A DNA stretch of 64,000 nt from Catajapyx aquilonaris (taxonomy: Eukaryota). The stretch covers positions 186,001-250,000 of the forward strand of contig KZ538176.1 in the NCBI GenBank assembly GCA_000934665.2, read 5' to 3'. A program made the position numbers and the translations under genes. Within the stretch, counting starts at the first letter, position 1; the number at the start of each line of letters is the position of its first letter. Shown one piece after another: positions 36,771 to 50,645 of this stretch. Under the pieces are notes generated by a model. That model was not told where the DNA came from and ran no database searches. It saw only the letters and a list, made by a program, of their open reading frames with translations.

Positions 36771-39700
36771 CCCACAATAATTTGATTTCACCGATCATAC
36801 GTAGCATTTGGTCAGTCGTACGTGACCAACTGACCGCGTGACCGGCCCCCTGATGAGCTTTCTTGACCACAGTTGGTGTGAACTCTGCATAAAACATACG
36901 AACCAATACGGATATATTTCAGTTCATCGTGAGCCCCAATCAGGAACGGACAGCACAAAATCAAGTGTAAATATTAACCTTAACTATTAATCCTAAATTA
37001 AGCGACTTAGGATTAAGAACGCTGAAAGCCCTAATTTATTAATCACAAAAAGTGTCCTCGGTCGCCACCTTCGTCAATGGTCATGGTCAAGGAATCACTG
37101 TCACAAATCACTGATCATCCCTTTCACTATGATCAGCGTAAATAGAGCGAGAAGCTTACTTGGTTTCAATCACGGAAAATGTCCGACGAATTAAAGAGGA
37201 AGCGGGATGACACCGTGGTAAAAGTGAATCTGGGACGCAATCACTATGGAGAAACGTGTGGTGATTTTTTTTTTATTCAACACTTTAGAAAGATCATTGT
37301 GACGTTTGGCTCAAAGTAATGAGCGACGTATAGCAATTTACTCTGTCAATTCGAGCGTTCGTTCCTCCCTAGTGATTCTCGGGTGGTAATAAGTCGGTAG
37401 GTCATGATCAGAAGAAGTGTAAGGAGTACTTTCCCCCAAAACTCATGACAGAAAATGAAGAACAAAAAAAAAATTGTGTCCCAAACCTGAACGATATGTT
37501 CCGAGCGAGTAAGAAGAAAAAGAGAGAGTGAGTGGAGTTTTTTTTTATAAGGAAAATGTTGAAAACGCAACTTCATCTAGATTAGAAACCTAGTGTGCAA
37601 GTGTGACCGGCTCATGTGTGAGTTACAGAAATTGTATGGGATGCAACGTGCGTGATGCATGAGTTGCAACAAAGTAGCATGAGATGTCTTCATGTCTGAT
37701 ACTGGACGGTACGCAAATTAGTTTGTAATTAATTAATTTCAAATCGATGCAACCAATTGTTTGTATTCAATATGTAGACTATAAAATGTATGGAGTTTAA
37801 CAATTAGAGAAAGCGACTTTGTTTGCAGATGGAGAAATCTTCAGAAAAGTAATATTTTACAAAAATACGATTTGTTAACTATTGTGTAATCTATTAGGTC
37901 CATATTGAGACTTTGTTCAGGTGATAAAACGCATGTTACGTTACGATGAAAGTTTTCGCGCGAACAATGCATAATAGAACCAAGATTTTAATAATTGACC
38001 ATGAAACCAAGTCCCGCAAATTGTTCACACTATTGCATAAGGATTAAAACAGGTTACCACAATCATGTTTCCGCCTCTCAAAAAAAATGTAACACATCTT
38101 CCTGTAAACCATTGTTTAGAATTATTTGACAAGGGGATAATAAGCGGCAAGTGTTCCACACCGCCCTCCCATTTTGTAAGAGATTGAAATCAAAATCAAG
38201 TTAGATAATGGCAGCCAGAGTTACTTCCGGAAACAATGGCGGAGTTACCACCAAACACACGAACAGTTGACGAAAAAGCGTGAGGGAAATTTTCACTCTC
38301 TGCCACACGCATGCTGTGATTTGGACCTTTGAAGTCAGCTTGAGGTGTGCTGGACCGAAACGTAGGAGTTTCCAAGAGTGTCCCTTTCTGTCCACCGCCT
38401 GTCAGTTTCCAAGTCTGCGTGTCCCATTCAGGGAGAAAGCCATGTCCACGCTCTTTTCCTTCAAACTCCTCTTCACTCTCAAATTGTCCCACAGCTAATC
38501 AGCTGGCAAATTACTGCAAATCCACATTCTTGGTTTGAAACATATTTGCACTCACAGTTGGGTCCTACCTTGAAAGGTTCCTCACAATGGTCCTACCTCA
38601 CTCCCGATATAAAAAAAATTTCCACCGCACAACAAGGCACCACATTCACATTGACCTACACATATCTCCTGAGGGTCACTCATGGTCTTACCTTCGCTCT
38701 TCTCGACCACACGTGGTCTTCCTTGTCTTCGGCTCCAGAGCCAACTGCTAAAGCACAAGACTTGCAAGCCACTAATACACTCACTCAATGTCTCACTCTC
38801 TCTATCTCTCACTCTCCCCCTCCTTCCCTACCTTACCTCCCCCGCCTTATACACCCCCTCCTTCTTTCTCTCTCTTGCAAACCAGCGGAAAAAGTAGCTA
38901 TATAATCCCTCCCTCTGATGACCTCGTAAGGGTCCCGAGCACGGCAAGCTGCTGGCTGGTTTCACCAGGAATTTTTATGCAAAGTGAAAGTAAGCCCGAC
39001 CAAGGGAGAATAATCTCAGGTAACCTCATTCTGGTGGCTACAGACCTAAGGGACCAACCCCTGACTAAGAGACCCTCCCCCTACTCCCATCCCCTCCAAT
39101 ATCAAAATTTGTTGTTTTTTTTTTTTTTGAAATATGATATCACTGTTCAGCCAATATTCACAATGACGACTTTTTTTAAAAATTTCAATATTCAAAAATA
39201 AATGTTACCCCAAGGGTTACGACTACGACCAGTATGCATTTGCCATATTATGCCTAGCGTCCTATATATAGGACACTTGTATTACAAATGTCTGATTTTT
39301 ATTTTTTGTCAACAATTGTACAAACACAATATTGTGTTTAGTAAAAAATATTTAAAAATTAAACAGTCATATCTGGGTAAATAGCATTTATTTTAATAGT
39401 AATATCTAACACTATTTCTATACAGGAAGAATGAAATCAAGAGAAAATTTCTCAACTAATATTAGAATCGATACTCATCTTCATTTCGCCATGTAGCATT
39501 AGTCGAAATTGGTATAGGCTTTTCGCCACCTAAATTGGAGTTAGATAAAAAAAAATGTGTGTGCACATGACGTAACAATGAGGGGAAGAAAATTTCAACT
39601 CTCCCTTGCTTCCTGCAAGTCCTGAGGCAATGTGGAAGTTGGGTGACACAACGTATGCCTATTTCTCCTTTCCCGTGATCCCTGGACCAGGAAGGTCACT

Positions 39701-42020
39701 TGGGTTGTCATAGTGGGTGACATCTTGGATGGGAGGTTCCCTTGACCCCCTGGGTGACCTCACATCTGACATTGGCCATGGACGGCCTGCCTGACTACGC
39801 TTCATATGGGTGGGGGGGAAGCAACGAAAGTGAAGGACCTATTGACCTCTTTTTCACCCTTGTTTTCATGCACATGCAGTTGGCCAGTTGGGGTCAGCAG
39901 GCTGCGTCCATCATCATTAGCATCTGGTTTCCACGTAAGAATCCCACGTGAAATGCCGTTATGTAGTGCGGCCCCGGAAATTATATTGCGCATTCCCTAT
40001 TCATAGTATTGTTGCCAACAATTGCATATTTTGATGCGCGTGACTCTTGCGACACGGCCAATCGGCCACTGACGAAAGCGTGGCAAATTTGATTGAAAAG
40101 TTATTTTAATTACTTCCACTTATAGAGAAAATCAAGCAGCGGTATCTACTTTTTCTACGTGAAACTATCGGACGACGTGCTCTATCGGTTGGATAATTTT
40201 ATTCGGATAAGTGAAAATGTTGCCTAACCTTGCGAATCCTCCGGTAAGCAAAATAAAAATCGCAATTTAGTTTCGATGCAGATGAGGCGTAAAAAAAACT
40301 AAAGATCCTTTTCGGAGATAGACCTGGTCTATGTTTGGTGCAAGTACAAAACCACGCCTATTTTCACTAGGGAAGAAAAACACAGGTTTGGCGAAGAGGT
40401 GAGAAAGCGTTTTTGAGGTCAAAATCTGATAAGATGACATGACAGCTTCAAACTCACCGCCTAGTAACAACTATGAGAAAATAGGATATGTTTTTGGGTA
40501 ATATCGTAGCCGTAGCTTGAAATGGACAGGGGATAGAAAAAAACAGTTATGTAACATGAAACATCACCAATATTGCACATATAGCTGTTAATAATTAATA
40601 AATAATATCCATAAATAAAAATAACTAATAAAAACGCAAATAAAAATATAACAAAATTTATAGTCTGGATTATCTGGACTAACTTGTCCAGATAATCCAG
40701 AATGTTGTTGTTGTTGGTTGTTGTTGTTGTTGTTTTTCTCGTGAATCTCATCAGTCATCACTCATCGTAGTGGCGTGTTCAAAGCGTTGGCGATTTTGTA
40801 AAATAAGCAGTGTTGACGAGGGGGCTGTGTCACACTCAGGTGATTACGTCTCTAAGGAAATATTGTCGCAATCGCAACTATAAGACCAGACATGAAACAG
40901 GAAACCTTGCCAAACTGTACGCACTTTCTCACCATTTTTTGGCCCGTTTGTTTTTCGTATGTAACGCTCTTGCAAGCGGCCAAATTAATTTTTCGGACGA
41001 CTGTGATGTATAGGGTGGTTCATATGAGCAACTTTGTCAAATTTTATTTTAACATCGACTTTCAAGATGAGAAAAATCACCCTTTCATGCACGACCACGA
41101 GTAATATGAAGCTGTCGTGATTTGCACTTTCATTTCCTTCATCGTTATAAACCGCATGTAATTATCGCGCCCATGTTCTTATTTTTTTTTGTTTTTGAAA
41201 AATTAAAATAATATGCGACCTGCTTCGCCTTATGTCAATTGGATTTCATGTGTTCTAGATATTTGTGTAAGTGAATGAGAGTCCAATTAAACCAGAGGAT
41301 TATTACGACAACCGAGTCAACCCTGACCAGATTGTTGTTTAACAGTAGACTAATTGCGGTCGTTACGTCATGTGGCACATCTGGGATAAAGTTGTACACT
41401 CCCTTCCAGACGACACATACCAAAATGGAGAAAGGCGAGGTAGTAAAATTCAGGTAAAAAGTGCTGTCCTGCTGCAAGGGAAAGGACAAATAGCAAACCG
41501 GATTTTTCATGTATAGGAACACACTGTCGAGACTGACATCAACCAATATTTTTTCTCATAATCACTCTACTTTGATTTAAAATGACATATTATAAAAACC
41601 GGACTAAAATCATGCAACATCGTGTATTGCAAGGTGGCTGATGGCAAGTGTCAGTTAGATAAGGAAGATATTTATCATTCTGCTCAAAATCCTTCGGGGC
41701 ATCAGGTCTCCTAGTCTAGTTCAGACGAAACCAAGTGACCCAAATCCGAATGAATGAGAAAGGAAATGCTTGGATTTTGTTCGAATCATAGACCTTCCTG
41801 GGAATAACGGGCGTTATCGATGCGCCACTTCCTCTCCCTAAGGAAAATAACATTGCCTAAAGCAACGGCATTGTCACGCAAGTACACAATGTTAGAGCAA
41901 GTTCATGTAGCTATGTACAACAATCAAAATATTCCAACCTCACTCTAACGGGCCTAACTTATTTCCTGCATTTTACATTTAAAAAAAGTTATACTGTATA
42001 CTCCAAAACCAAGAAAGGCT

Positions 42021-42091
42021 TACTACTACTACTACTACTACTTCTACTACTACTACTTCTACTTCTACTACTACTACTACTACTACTACTA
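42021..42091. repeat. (TAC)n microsatellite, imperfect
   Basis: About 23 TAC/TTC units. Confidence 0.95.
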
Positions 42092-45000
42092 ATTCCCCCT
42101 ATAATAATAGCCTTATTTTTTTCACCTCTGGAACGCCCCGGAAGAAGGGCCCCTGGTGAGTGCTGTGCCACCTTTTGGTCACGGCACTAATTCATCAGGC
42201 CGGGGCGAGGAGTAGCTGGGGCAGCCCTATGACACTCCTCGAATACACTGGCACCGGTGGACTAGTAATAATAATTATTATCTAACTCCATATTATGCTA
42301 ATGTGATAAGGAAGATAATGTAATGCTGGCTCGTGTTTGTTTTGTGCACTTTTAAAGGAAATGAATGCAGTTTTTTTAAGAAGCTTTAAATTAAGATTAA
42401 ATCAGTTTCGTGTCGACTTTTATGGTGCATGTAAGGTTAAGTAGCATAAGCGGTGCAACAGGTTCAATGACCATACTCGAGAGTTACGGATTACATTCTG
42501 AACATGTGCATTTCCATGTCCTCGATTATTTTTTTTGCGCCATTATAATTTTTGACAAATCGCCAAATTAGCCATTAAGCCATTAAGCACGTAGCCCCTG
42601 CGACAAGTTGAAACAATAAAACCAGTCATTACAGTTAATCGCATGCAGATTCAGTGTGGGACCAGACAATACGAACCCACCCCAAAGTTGCACGTTCCAC
42701 TTGTGACATGGAGCCCAACGACCTTGGCAATAGCAATGAGAGCAGGCATAAAATTACGGTAATTCTAAATCGTCCTTATCTTTTAAAAAATGACACATTA
42801 AAAATACTTTATTTGTATGTTACGTATCCATGTGTACGTGTCAGCCACTCTTTGATGGTGCAAGGTTGCATGGTTCTTTCTGTTGTTAGGGCGGTGGGGG
42901 GTGGAATTATTCCCATCCATCTTTGCCTACTGTTGAAGAAACTTTCACCCACTGAGCTTAGCTCCACTGACCATGAACCTGATTATAATCCTCACACCTT
43001 ACGTTTAATACACCGTAACCATTTTCTATGGATTTTCCACCGTTAGAACAACCACTAGCTTCCAGATTGGGAAGTCAATTATTGGGTTTATTTGCGGATC
43101 ATGTGTTAAAAGCACCGTTTGTACAATGCAGTTTCTGTACCGCTTCATTGCAATAATTGGACACGCTGCAATGCAGAAAAAGAGCAACAATTTTGGATAA
43201 ATAAATGAAAGTTAAAAATATGGGGGAAAGAAATTTTTTCCATATAGTTTTTTCCGAATACATTTTCATTGTTATAGGTCCGCAACCTGCTACACAGGTA
43301 AGTCAGGTTGATCCACTGAGGCGAGTTGGGCTATCGTAATGAAGTGAGGTGAATCCTTTGTGAGATAAGGTGAAACTTTTAGGATGAAAGTGAATCAACA
43401 AAATAACTCTTCCATATGCCACTATTGACCATGTGTAGTGTGTCAGAATCTGCTCATAATGTGCATAACATTTCCTGAATCACGCATTTTAATGATCGTT
43501 TCCTTTAGTAAATCTTGACCTAACGTAATGCTGCAGAACCTGTAATGGTAGATCCGCTGATAACACGGAGGTAATCATCCTTTCTCCTGCTATTGAATGT
43601 GTCCCACTTCCACGTTACAAACCATCCCACAACAATTCAAACAACTGTCATCAAACATGGTATGTTTTTAATTTTTAACCCGCCTTTGCGGAATTGCAGG
43701 GAACCGATGATTTATCAATAAATCACTTTGCAAATTACAATAATTTAAACATTGCTTTTCTACATGCCTGACGTAATCAATGTGTAGTAAAACAATACTA
43801 TTATTTTAATAGTTAAATGGTTTAATAGCCATTAACATTTTTTCACCTGTTGCGAATACAGTAATTACAAACAGGTCACGTGTCACACACACACTAGTTG
43901 TCGCCCACTATAAAACAGGCTGTTGCGCAATTTAACAGCTTCAAATCTTAATGACGCACTTATCATATCAGCACCATCGGCACTTGTCATGAAAATTCCA
44001 ATGCAAAACACCGCTGATAAATTCCACATGCTTTCCCTCCCGGCCCCAACAAATTTGCGGAAAAGGCAATAGAAATCCGCCCATGGGCAGAGCCCACTTT
44101 TTGCAACCCCCCAAAAACCTGACCAGAACCTGGGAAGACAAGCGGTGTTAAGCAGAACCTCTTAGGGCGGGGCAGTCATGAAGAAAATCATGTATTGCAA
44201 TGTGAAAAAAACTCACGCCGGTTTGCCTCATCACTTACCATCTGTGGTTTTTTATTATTATTATATTTTTTTCAAACCAAAGCTTACCCCATTCCTATCA
44301 AATTATACAATGAGGCAAAAAGGGCGGCGTTTTCAAAATAAAGTTCACGCCATTATTTCTGAACAATGATTGTAATCTTCGTCGGATGACTATGATGTCT
44401 CTAGGTGCGAAAGCTCTTGCTTTCTAACTAACTGTTGATGCAAAATGACCGTGAACAGCATCAGACACACTGCAGTTATACTGAAGAGAAACAAAAATGT
44501 GTAAACTTAGCACGTAGGATGGAAAAAACAAGAATGACACAATAAGTGTCCGGGATGTCCTTTATCGTCTGGAAAGTCCATGAGTGTCCATCTGGACACC
44601 AAAATTGCGTCACATGGTGAGGGGATAAAATAATATGTATATAAAAAAAAGGAAAACCGGAACTTGGTGCAAACTCCGGTAATGGATCTAGAAAGTGGGA
44701 TGAATCTGGAGGAGAAAGGCTTTTGCCACCAACCAACTCCTGCTGCACTTGTTGGGTCTGCAACTGTCCGGAAGAGACAGCTCACCACGACTGCTACAAT
44801 CTAGGCTGAACTATCAAAGGGCGGAGAACTCGTGTGGAGGATCATCCCCACGATGTTGTCTGGCGTGGGTGGGCAATCACGGATGCTGAGATGACCACTA
44901 TTCCAGTTGGTCACTTTCCATACCTGCTTTGTGCAAGGTCGGAAAGGGCACGATTGTTGTGACGCCATATGGATTGTTACGTGAGATGTTTTGTAATATT

Positions 45001-48000
45001 AAAGATGTTGAGGTTCAAGGAAGCTGAAGGTGTCAAGGTACAAAGAGGGGGGTCATGACTTACAATATTGTTTGTAGAAAGACGCAACAATCAATGCCAC
45101 CAAAAATGAATTGGCTCAATTTTAATTATAGAAAGTGCTGCATAATGTCAACGGTTTAAATGCCTCTCCTTCGTACACTTGTCACCAGAAACGTTCCGCA
45201 TTATGTAAATAAAAGTTTAGCACCTGCCAATAGGAAGTGAAGGTGTGAAGTTGCCAGCAATCGTTCCTTTTTTTTTTGGTATCTCTCTCCTTGCAAGAAA
45301 ATCCGGTTGCATCACCCTATGGCAGATTCAAGCAATCATTCAACTGAAAGTGAAAAACCCTGCCATCCATTTTCGCATGCGTCACATTTTGACGCCGGAG
45401 AAATGCCATGGAAAAAAAACTATTAGCTTTTCCGTTGACCTACATATATTTTGACCCTTTTTTTCTTTCTTTTTTAAACTCATCCTCAGTAGCGCAACCA
45501 CTCCTCATTAACTCCCGCTGGCTATATGTAATGAAATACCGGGATGCACAATACAATCCGGCAGACCTCATTGGCCAACTATGTTCGAGTTCAGATCGTG
45601 ATGAAGTTGCCCCTGGTTTTGCAAGTTGGTGTCCAAGTTTTTTTTTTCAATCTTGAAAAACTAAATGGGATTGCCCATTTCTCCCGGAAGAATCATTAGG
45701 ACACTATTGTCAAGAAGAAACGATTGGAATTGCGTTATTAACGTCACATTAGCACGTTCTATATTTGTCAATATGCAGGTATGCGGCAGCTAAATGTTGA
45801 AATTATAAATTTACCTCAATTTTATCATGCAACCAATGATGTGTTAAAAGGTCAGGTCTCGTTTAGCGCGAAAGTTAGAACGTGTCTGTTTTCTCACATT
45901 TCGCTGACATAACGACAAAACCTCAAAAACCTGGCAAAGTAGTGTTCCGCTGTTGAGATAATAGGCAGAGGAGAGAACCTGTCATTACAGAGCTTGTTAG
46001 CAGCACCTAAGCAATCTCGGTTACTGTTATTGCCGTTTCCTAAGCGTCTCGAAGCAAACCATATACGTCAGAATTTTATGAAGAAATTCGTGGATTTACA
46101 GCAAAGCCACTTCCTTCTATGCCTCATTTTCAAATATCTCACAGTTGTAAGGAATTCGTAGATTCGCAATATTTTAATCCCATGATATGAATAAATGTTT
46201 TGTTAAACACAATACGAATAGTTTCTGCATGGTAAGTTCGTCCCATATAACGAAAGAATTTTCACGGAAAGCATTGCCTCCGCTTTAGATAAGTCTACTG
46301 TATTACCAAAATTGGTCTGTAGCAAGAAGTTAGTATAGGAAACCTTTTGTTCTGGTTATTAGATTATTATCTGAATATGGATCAATTTTTCGCCTCGATT
46401 CTGCTACTGTATGCAGTAATCTCTTCCTTCCACATAACTGAAGGCGTAAAATATGTAGAGTGGCCTACTGATCAGTTTCCTTTCTACCGGAGTTTCCCCT
46501 GTCAATTTCATGTTTTCTCAAGGGTTATATCCTGGATTATTAATGTTCAGAACCGAACAACGGAATATTACAGATCTAAAAATTGTTACGCTTGCGACAG
46601 ACTCGAACAAAAAGGGCACCAGATTCGATATAAAAATTACCCCCTCGCAATAGAGGTCACACTTGATAATTACATTAAAACTGACGAAATGGGTACGCCA
46701 TTAAGTAATTTGCCCGAAACGTTTATTACATATTCTCTGTAGGTTAAATTGCTGTCCATTTGCAATTAACTCGAAGCATCAACCATGGATAGTACATTTG
46801 CAAGTTACCCTATAGTCACGCCAGTAAAACGAAGTAGGACGCACAATAATGTTTTCCCAACATAGCTCGAAACATTCCGTCAAAGTAACTCCAATTGCTC
46901 AACAATAACAGCAATGGTCATGAAATGTGCCAATTCATCTGCCTGTTGCCTTGTCCTTTGCCGTGTCCATCCATACGCTTCAGATGTCAAGGCACCACTT
47001 TCACGGACTAAAGGGTCATCCGTGACCTGTGAAATCATTCGGAATTATCGGATGACCTCTGGAGCAGAGCAGCCTTGCTACGAGAACGCCCCAATTTGCA
47101 CCGGGCGTCCGTTTTACAGTCCTTGAGTTACGCAAGAGCCGGAGCAGCCAACTTCACAACACTTTCTTCGCTTCCTGTGGGCCATGAAATGGCGTCGGTT
47201 GCGTCACTCTCCAAGCCTGCGACCCTCCTTGTCAAGACTTTCTCCATCGCACACCCGCCCGCCGGCCAACTGTGAATTTCTGGGATCCCCCAATTTCACC
47301 GAGGGGACACTTCCACCTTTGTTGAACACGTGCTCTTCAAGGACCTGACATCACCCTCAGTGGGTCGCATCATTAACCGCCATTAACGGCCGTTAACGGC
47401 CGTCAACGGTCCTGCAAATCATTTTACAGGGACAGTAATTGAAATGAAATTAACTCAATATTGTGAATGTCAGCATGACCTAGTAACCTCCGTTGGACCA
47501 AACTGTGTGGCAGAGAGAAAGTGTCAATAAGCATTCATTATTGCCTCGTTCCATATTTTGCCCAAGTGCTCTTCGTGTGTCACGATCAGTTTGGCTAAAT
47601 ATGGTTTGGGTACTGGACAATGGTCAAGTAATAACAGCACCTGATAATGGAAAATAACAGCAGTCTCCTTGCCACACAAATGGAAGTCTGGATGCAACAA
47701 TAACAAGCCACACAGTGGGAGTCTTACAACAGACCGTTTTAAAGCACGTCAAACTGTGAAGAAATGTAGCAGACACAACGGAATGCATGTTTCAGCCCAC
47801 GCACTATTGTAACCACCTAATGCTACTACCCTCAATAACAATTAACCAAACACTGTCTGTCAGAAATTCCTGTAAACTTGTTCATGATATGAATAAGAGA
47901 ATGTTAACAGTGATGTTATATTTGCACCACAAGTTCATTTCCGTTTTACAGAGTGATGGTATCTGTAACAAAGCCTGTTAGTTTTACGACTCTAGATGTA

Positions 48001-50645
48001 ATCTCCGTTAGTGGATGTAGTAGACATGTCCCTCATCCTACAGGTACAAATAGTGACATTTACTAGTTAATACTTAAAACTGATCAGATGTACACTGTCT
48101 TAAGAGAAAATTTTCGTTCATGCATGTACAAATTTTTAGAAGATTTATTACCTGCCTGAAAATCGTTATGGACTTGTTGCAGTAACGGCTTATGAATTAC
48201 TTCCGAGTGCATTGTACATGCTAGCCCTAGTGTGAAAATATATCCCCCCAAAAGTTGCATTATGCTTGAAAATTAGGACGCTCCCTTGTCTGCATCATAT
48301 TTCAGTGACACATTAGCGCAAGGAGGCCAAAATGTTGCACACATCGCAATTGTTTGAAAACTTAAGAACTCTCCCATAAGTCATAAATTATCTTCCAACC
48401 ACTCTTTAGACAGACATAAAAAAAATTAACTTTCCCATCTTGTCCATGTGAATCTCCCTCCATGATGTGAGTCTTCCCGGAAATATAACTAAGATCAGAC
48501 CAGGTGTAAAAAAAAATAAAATAAATCGAAGGCATCACTGGAAAACCCGTAATCACTGACCATTCTGGAGAGATCATTATGAAAGCGTTTCGAGATGATA
48601 TGTCCCTTTCACGCTGGACCACACCGTAACCACTTGTAATAATCAGGAGAAATTTTGTGTGTAGTATTTCCCGTCGATTGCATGGAATTCCTTGAATATG
48701 AACACAAAAAAATTAGTCCCTCTTTATATTATTGCGTAAAATGAAACCTCCGACCTCGGAGTTTAAAATAGGTTATATTTTGCACTTTTGCACAACTGCT
48801 TTTTTTTCTACTCAAAAAATTTTCTCACTCTTTCCTCATATTTATCTAAATAGGTACTATGAAATACATTGTTATGTTAGGATTAGTTACAGCAAGTTGA
48901 GGTGTCTGCTAATCGCCATTTTTCATTCAGGATGTATGTGAGTGACAAGGACGCTTGCAATTTCAAACGTATTGTTAGTGTAATTTGCATACAATGTCGT
49001 CAAAATGCCCAAATTGTGGGAAAAGAAAAAGCAATTTTCACATGATTTACAATGAAAAGTGGATCTTACCGACACTGTGATGTGTGTGGCAACCTATGAA
49101 GCAAACGGGACACTACTGTGTTGTCCACATTACGTCTTGTGTGTGAAGCAGCTTTCGTTTTTTTTTATTCCAAATTTTTTTCGAGTGGCAATGAAAAATG
49201 ATGGTTCCGATTCTTGAAAACTGCTGACCTTTCTCAGCAACATCTAGCGAAATCTAGGCGTCTCCACATCCAGCCTTCCGGTTGGTTGTGCCCAATTTTT
49301 TTCAATATTATTCCAAACCAGAAGAACAGGACACACACGGAAACATTGATGAAAACCGGCTTATTTTTGTATACCATGTCACACATGGTAATATTATGAT
49401 TGGTCGCAAGGAAAATGTCGCGTCGAATTCCAGCGACACAAAAGCATGAATCCTCCTCAAGTCGACAGGTAATATTTTCACTTTTCCTTGGTTACAAAGT
49501 GCAAAAGCGACAGTAATTAAGAAATTTCGGTGCTGCTCCTTTCTCAACCCATTTTAAGGGTTGCTTTTATTCTCACACGCAAGCATGTCATATGTTATAG
49601 TCCAGTGGATAACTCGTTCTACTTGTGGTTCTTACCATAGTAGTTGTAAGTGTATGTAATAAATTTTGTGGGTACATATAGTGCATCGAGTTAATTAGCT
49701 GGTGGCAATGCACTTTTTGAGATTTTGGTACATTTTGGTGTGAACAGGATGATAGTTTTATCTGTTTCGTATCTGCATTTTGCTTGATATTCAAGACAAG
49801 TCGTGGCACAAATTAGAACAATAGAAGCAGGTGTCTGTTATTATTTTTGTCACGTTTTTGCTCCTTTTTTTGAGGCGCGAAAGATGTGCTTTTACTTTAT
49901 TCTTAAGTTCTTCATGCACATGTAGCAGGCAGGGTGTGAATCATGAAAGTGAATCACACCATGAAAAAAAAAATTGCTAGTACATGACGCACATGTTCCA
50001 CGTTACACAGGACCTATCAGGTTTTAAGAAGAGTTCGGAAAGAAATCGCTGCTTATTGACATAAGTCGAGCTTTCTAGGCTTTTTCTGCCAAATTGGATT
50101 GATAGGAGAAATTCAAACAGGTTTGACTCCAAAACAATAAAACATGACACAACCCTAAGATAGTCAAGTAACGGCAATAACAATAATCCAGCCCTTTTAT
50201 ATCCTAAGTATGTCCAGTCAGTCACTTATAGCCCGAGAGAGAATTTACAACCAAAAAGTATTGGGTTTCTGTGACCCACTTTGAGAAGTGACATTTTAAA
50301 GTACGAGACGTCGGAAAAGTGCAAGCGTTTCTTAGAGCATGTAAAAAAGTGGATTTACAACTGATGCTAATGATCTGAGGCTGCAACACCATCAGGCCAC
50401 ATTGTGTCATCCTGAAGAAGTACACTTTTGAAAAATGCTGGTGACTCCTCTTCGCACTGGTGCAGGTAGTAATTAACCATTCCTAGGTCTTCCCACGACA
50501 GTGTCCTACTTCACGGTGTTGAGAAGTTGCATCTCAAGCCTGGGATTCAGCTCATTACACCACAAGACCATATTGAAAAATTAATCTCAGCATACGAAAA
50601 AAACTTGTTTTGCTCCTTTATAAAAAATTACACAGGCATGTACAG

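Noticed and set aside
38320..38945. Hammerhead-ribozyme-like fragments (stem + CGAAAC near 38355; CTGATGA near 38915)
   Set aside because: Neither site has both CTGANGA and GAAA core elements with closing stems.
44910..44970. Minus-strand peptide ...LSDLAQSRYGK-stop resembling an amidated RYamide
   Set aside because: An in-frame stop lies just upstream, and there is no signal peptide or usable splice acceptor in frame.
47110..47205. Minus-strand KRRKCCEVGCSGSC resembling an insulin A chain
   Set aside because: The spacing to the last Cys is wrong, an in-frame stop lies upstream, and there is no B chain or signal peptide.
47371..47410. Four 10-bp tandem units (CATTAACCGC/CGTTAACGGC)
   Set aside because: A short minisatellite without spacers; not CRISPR-like and no supportable function.
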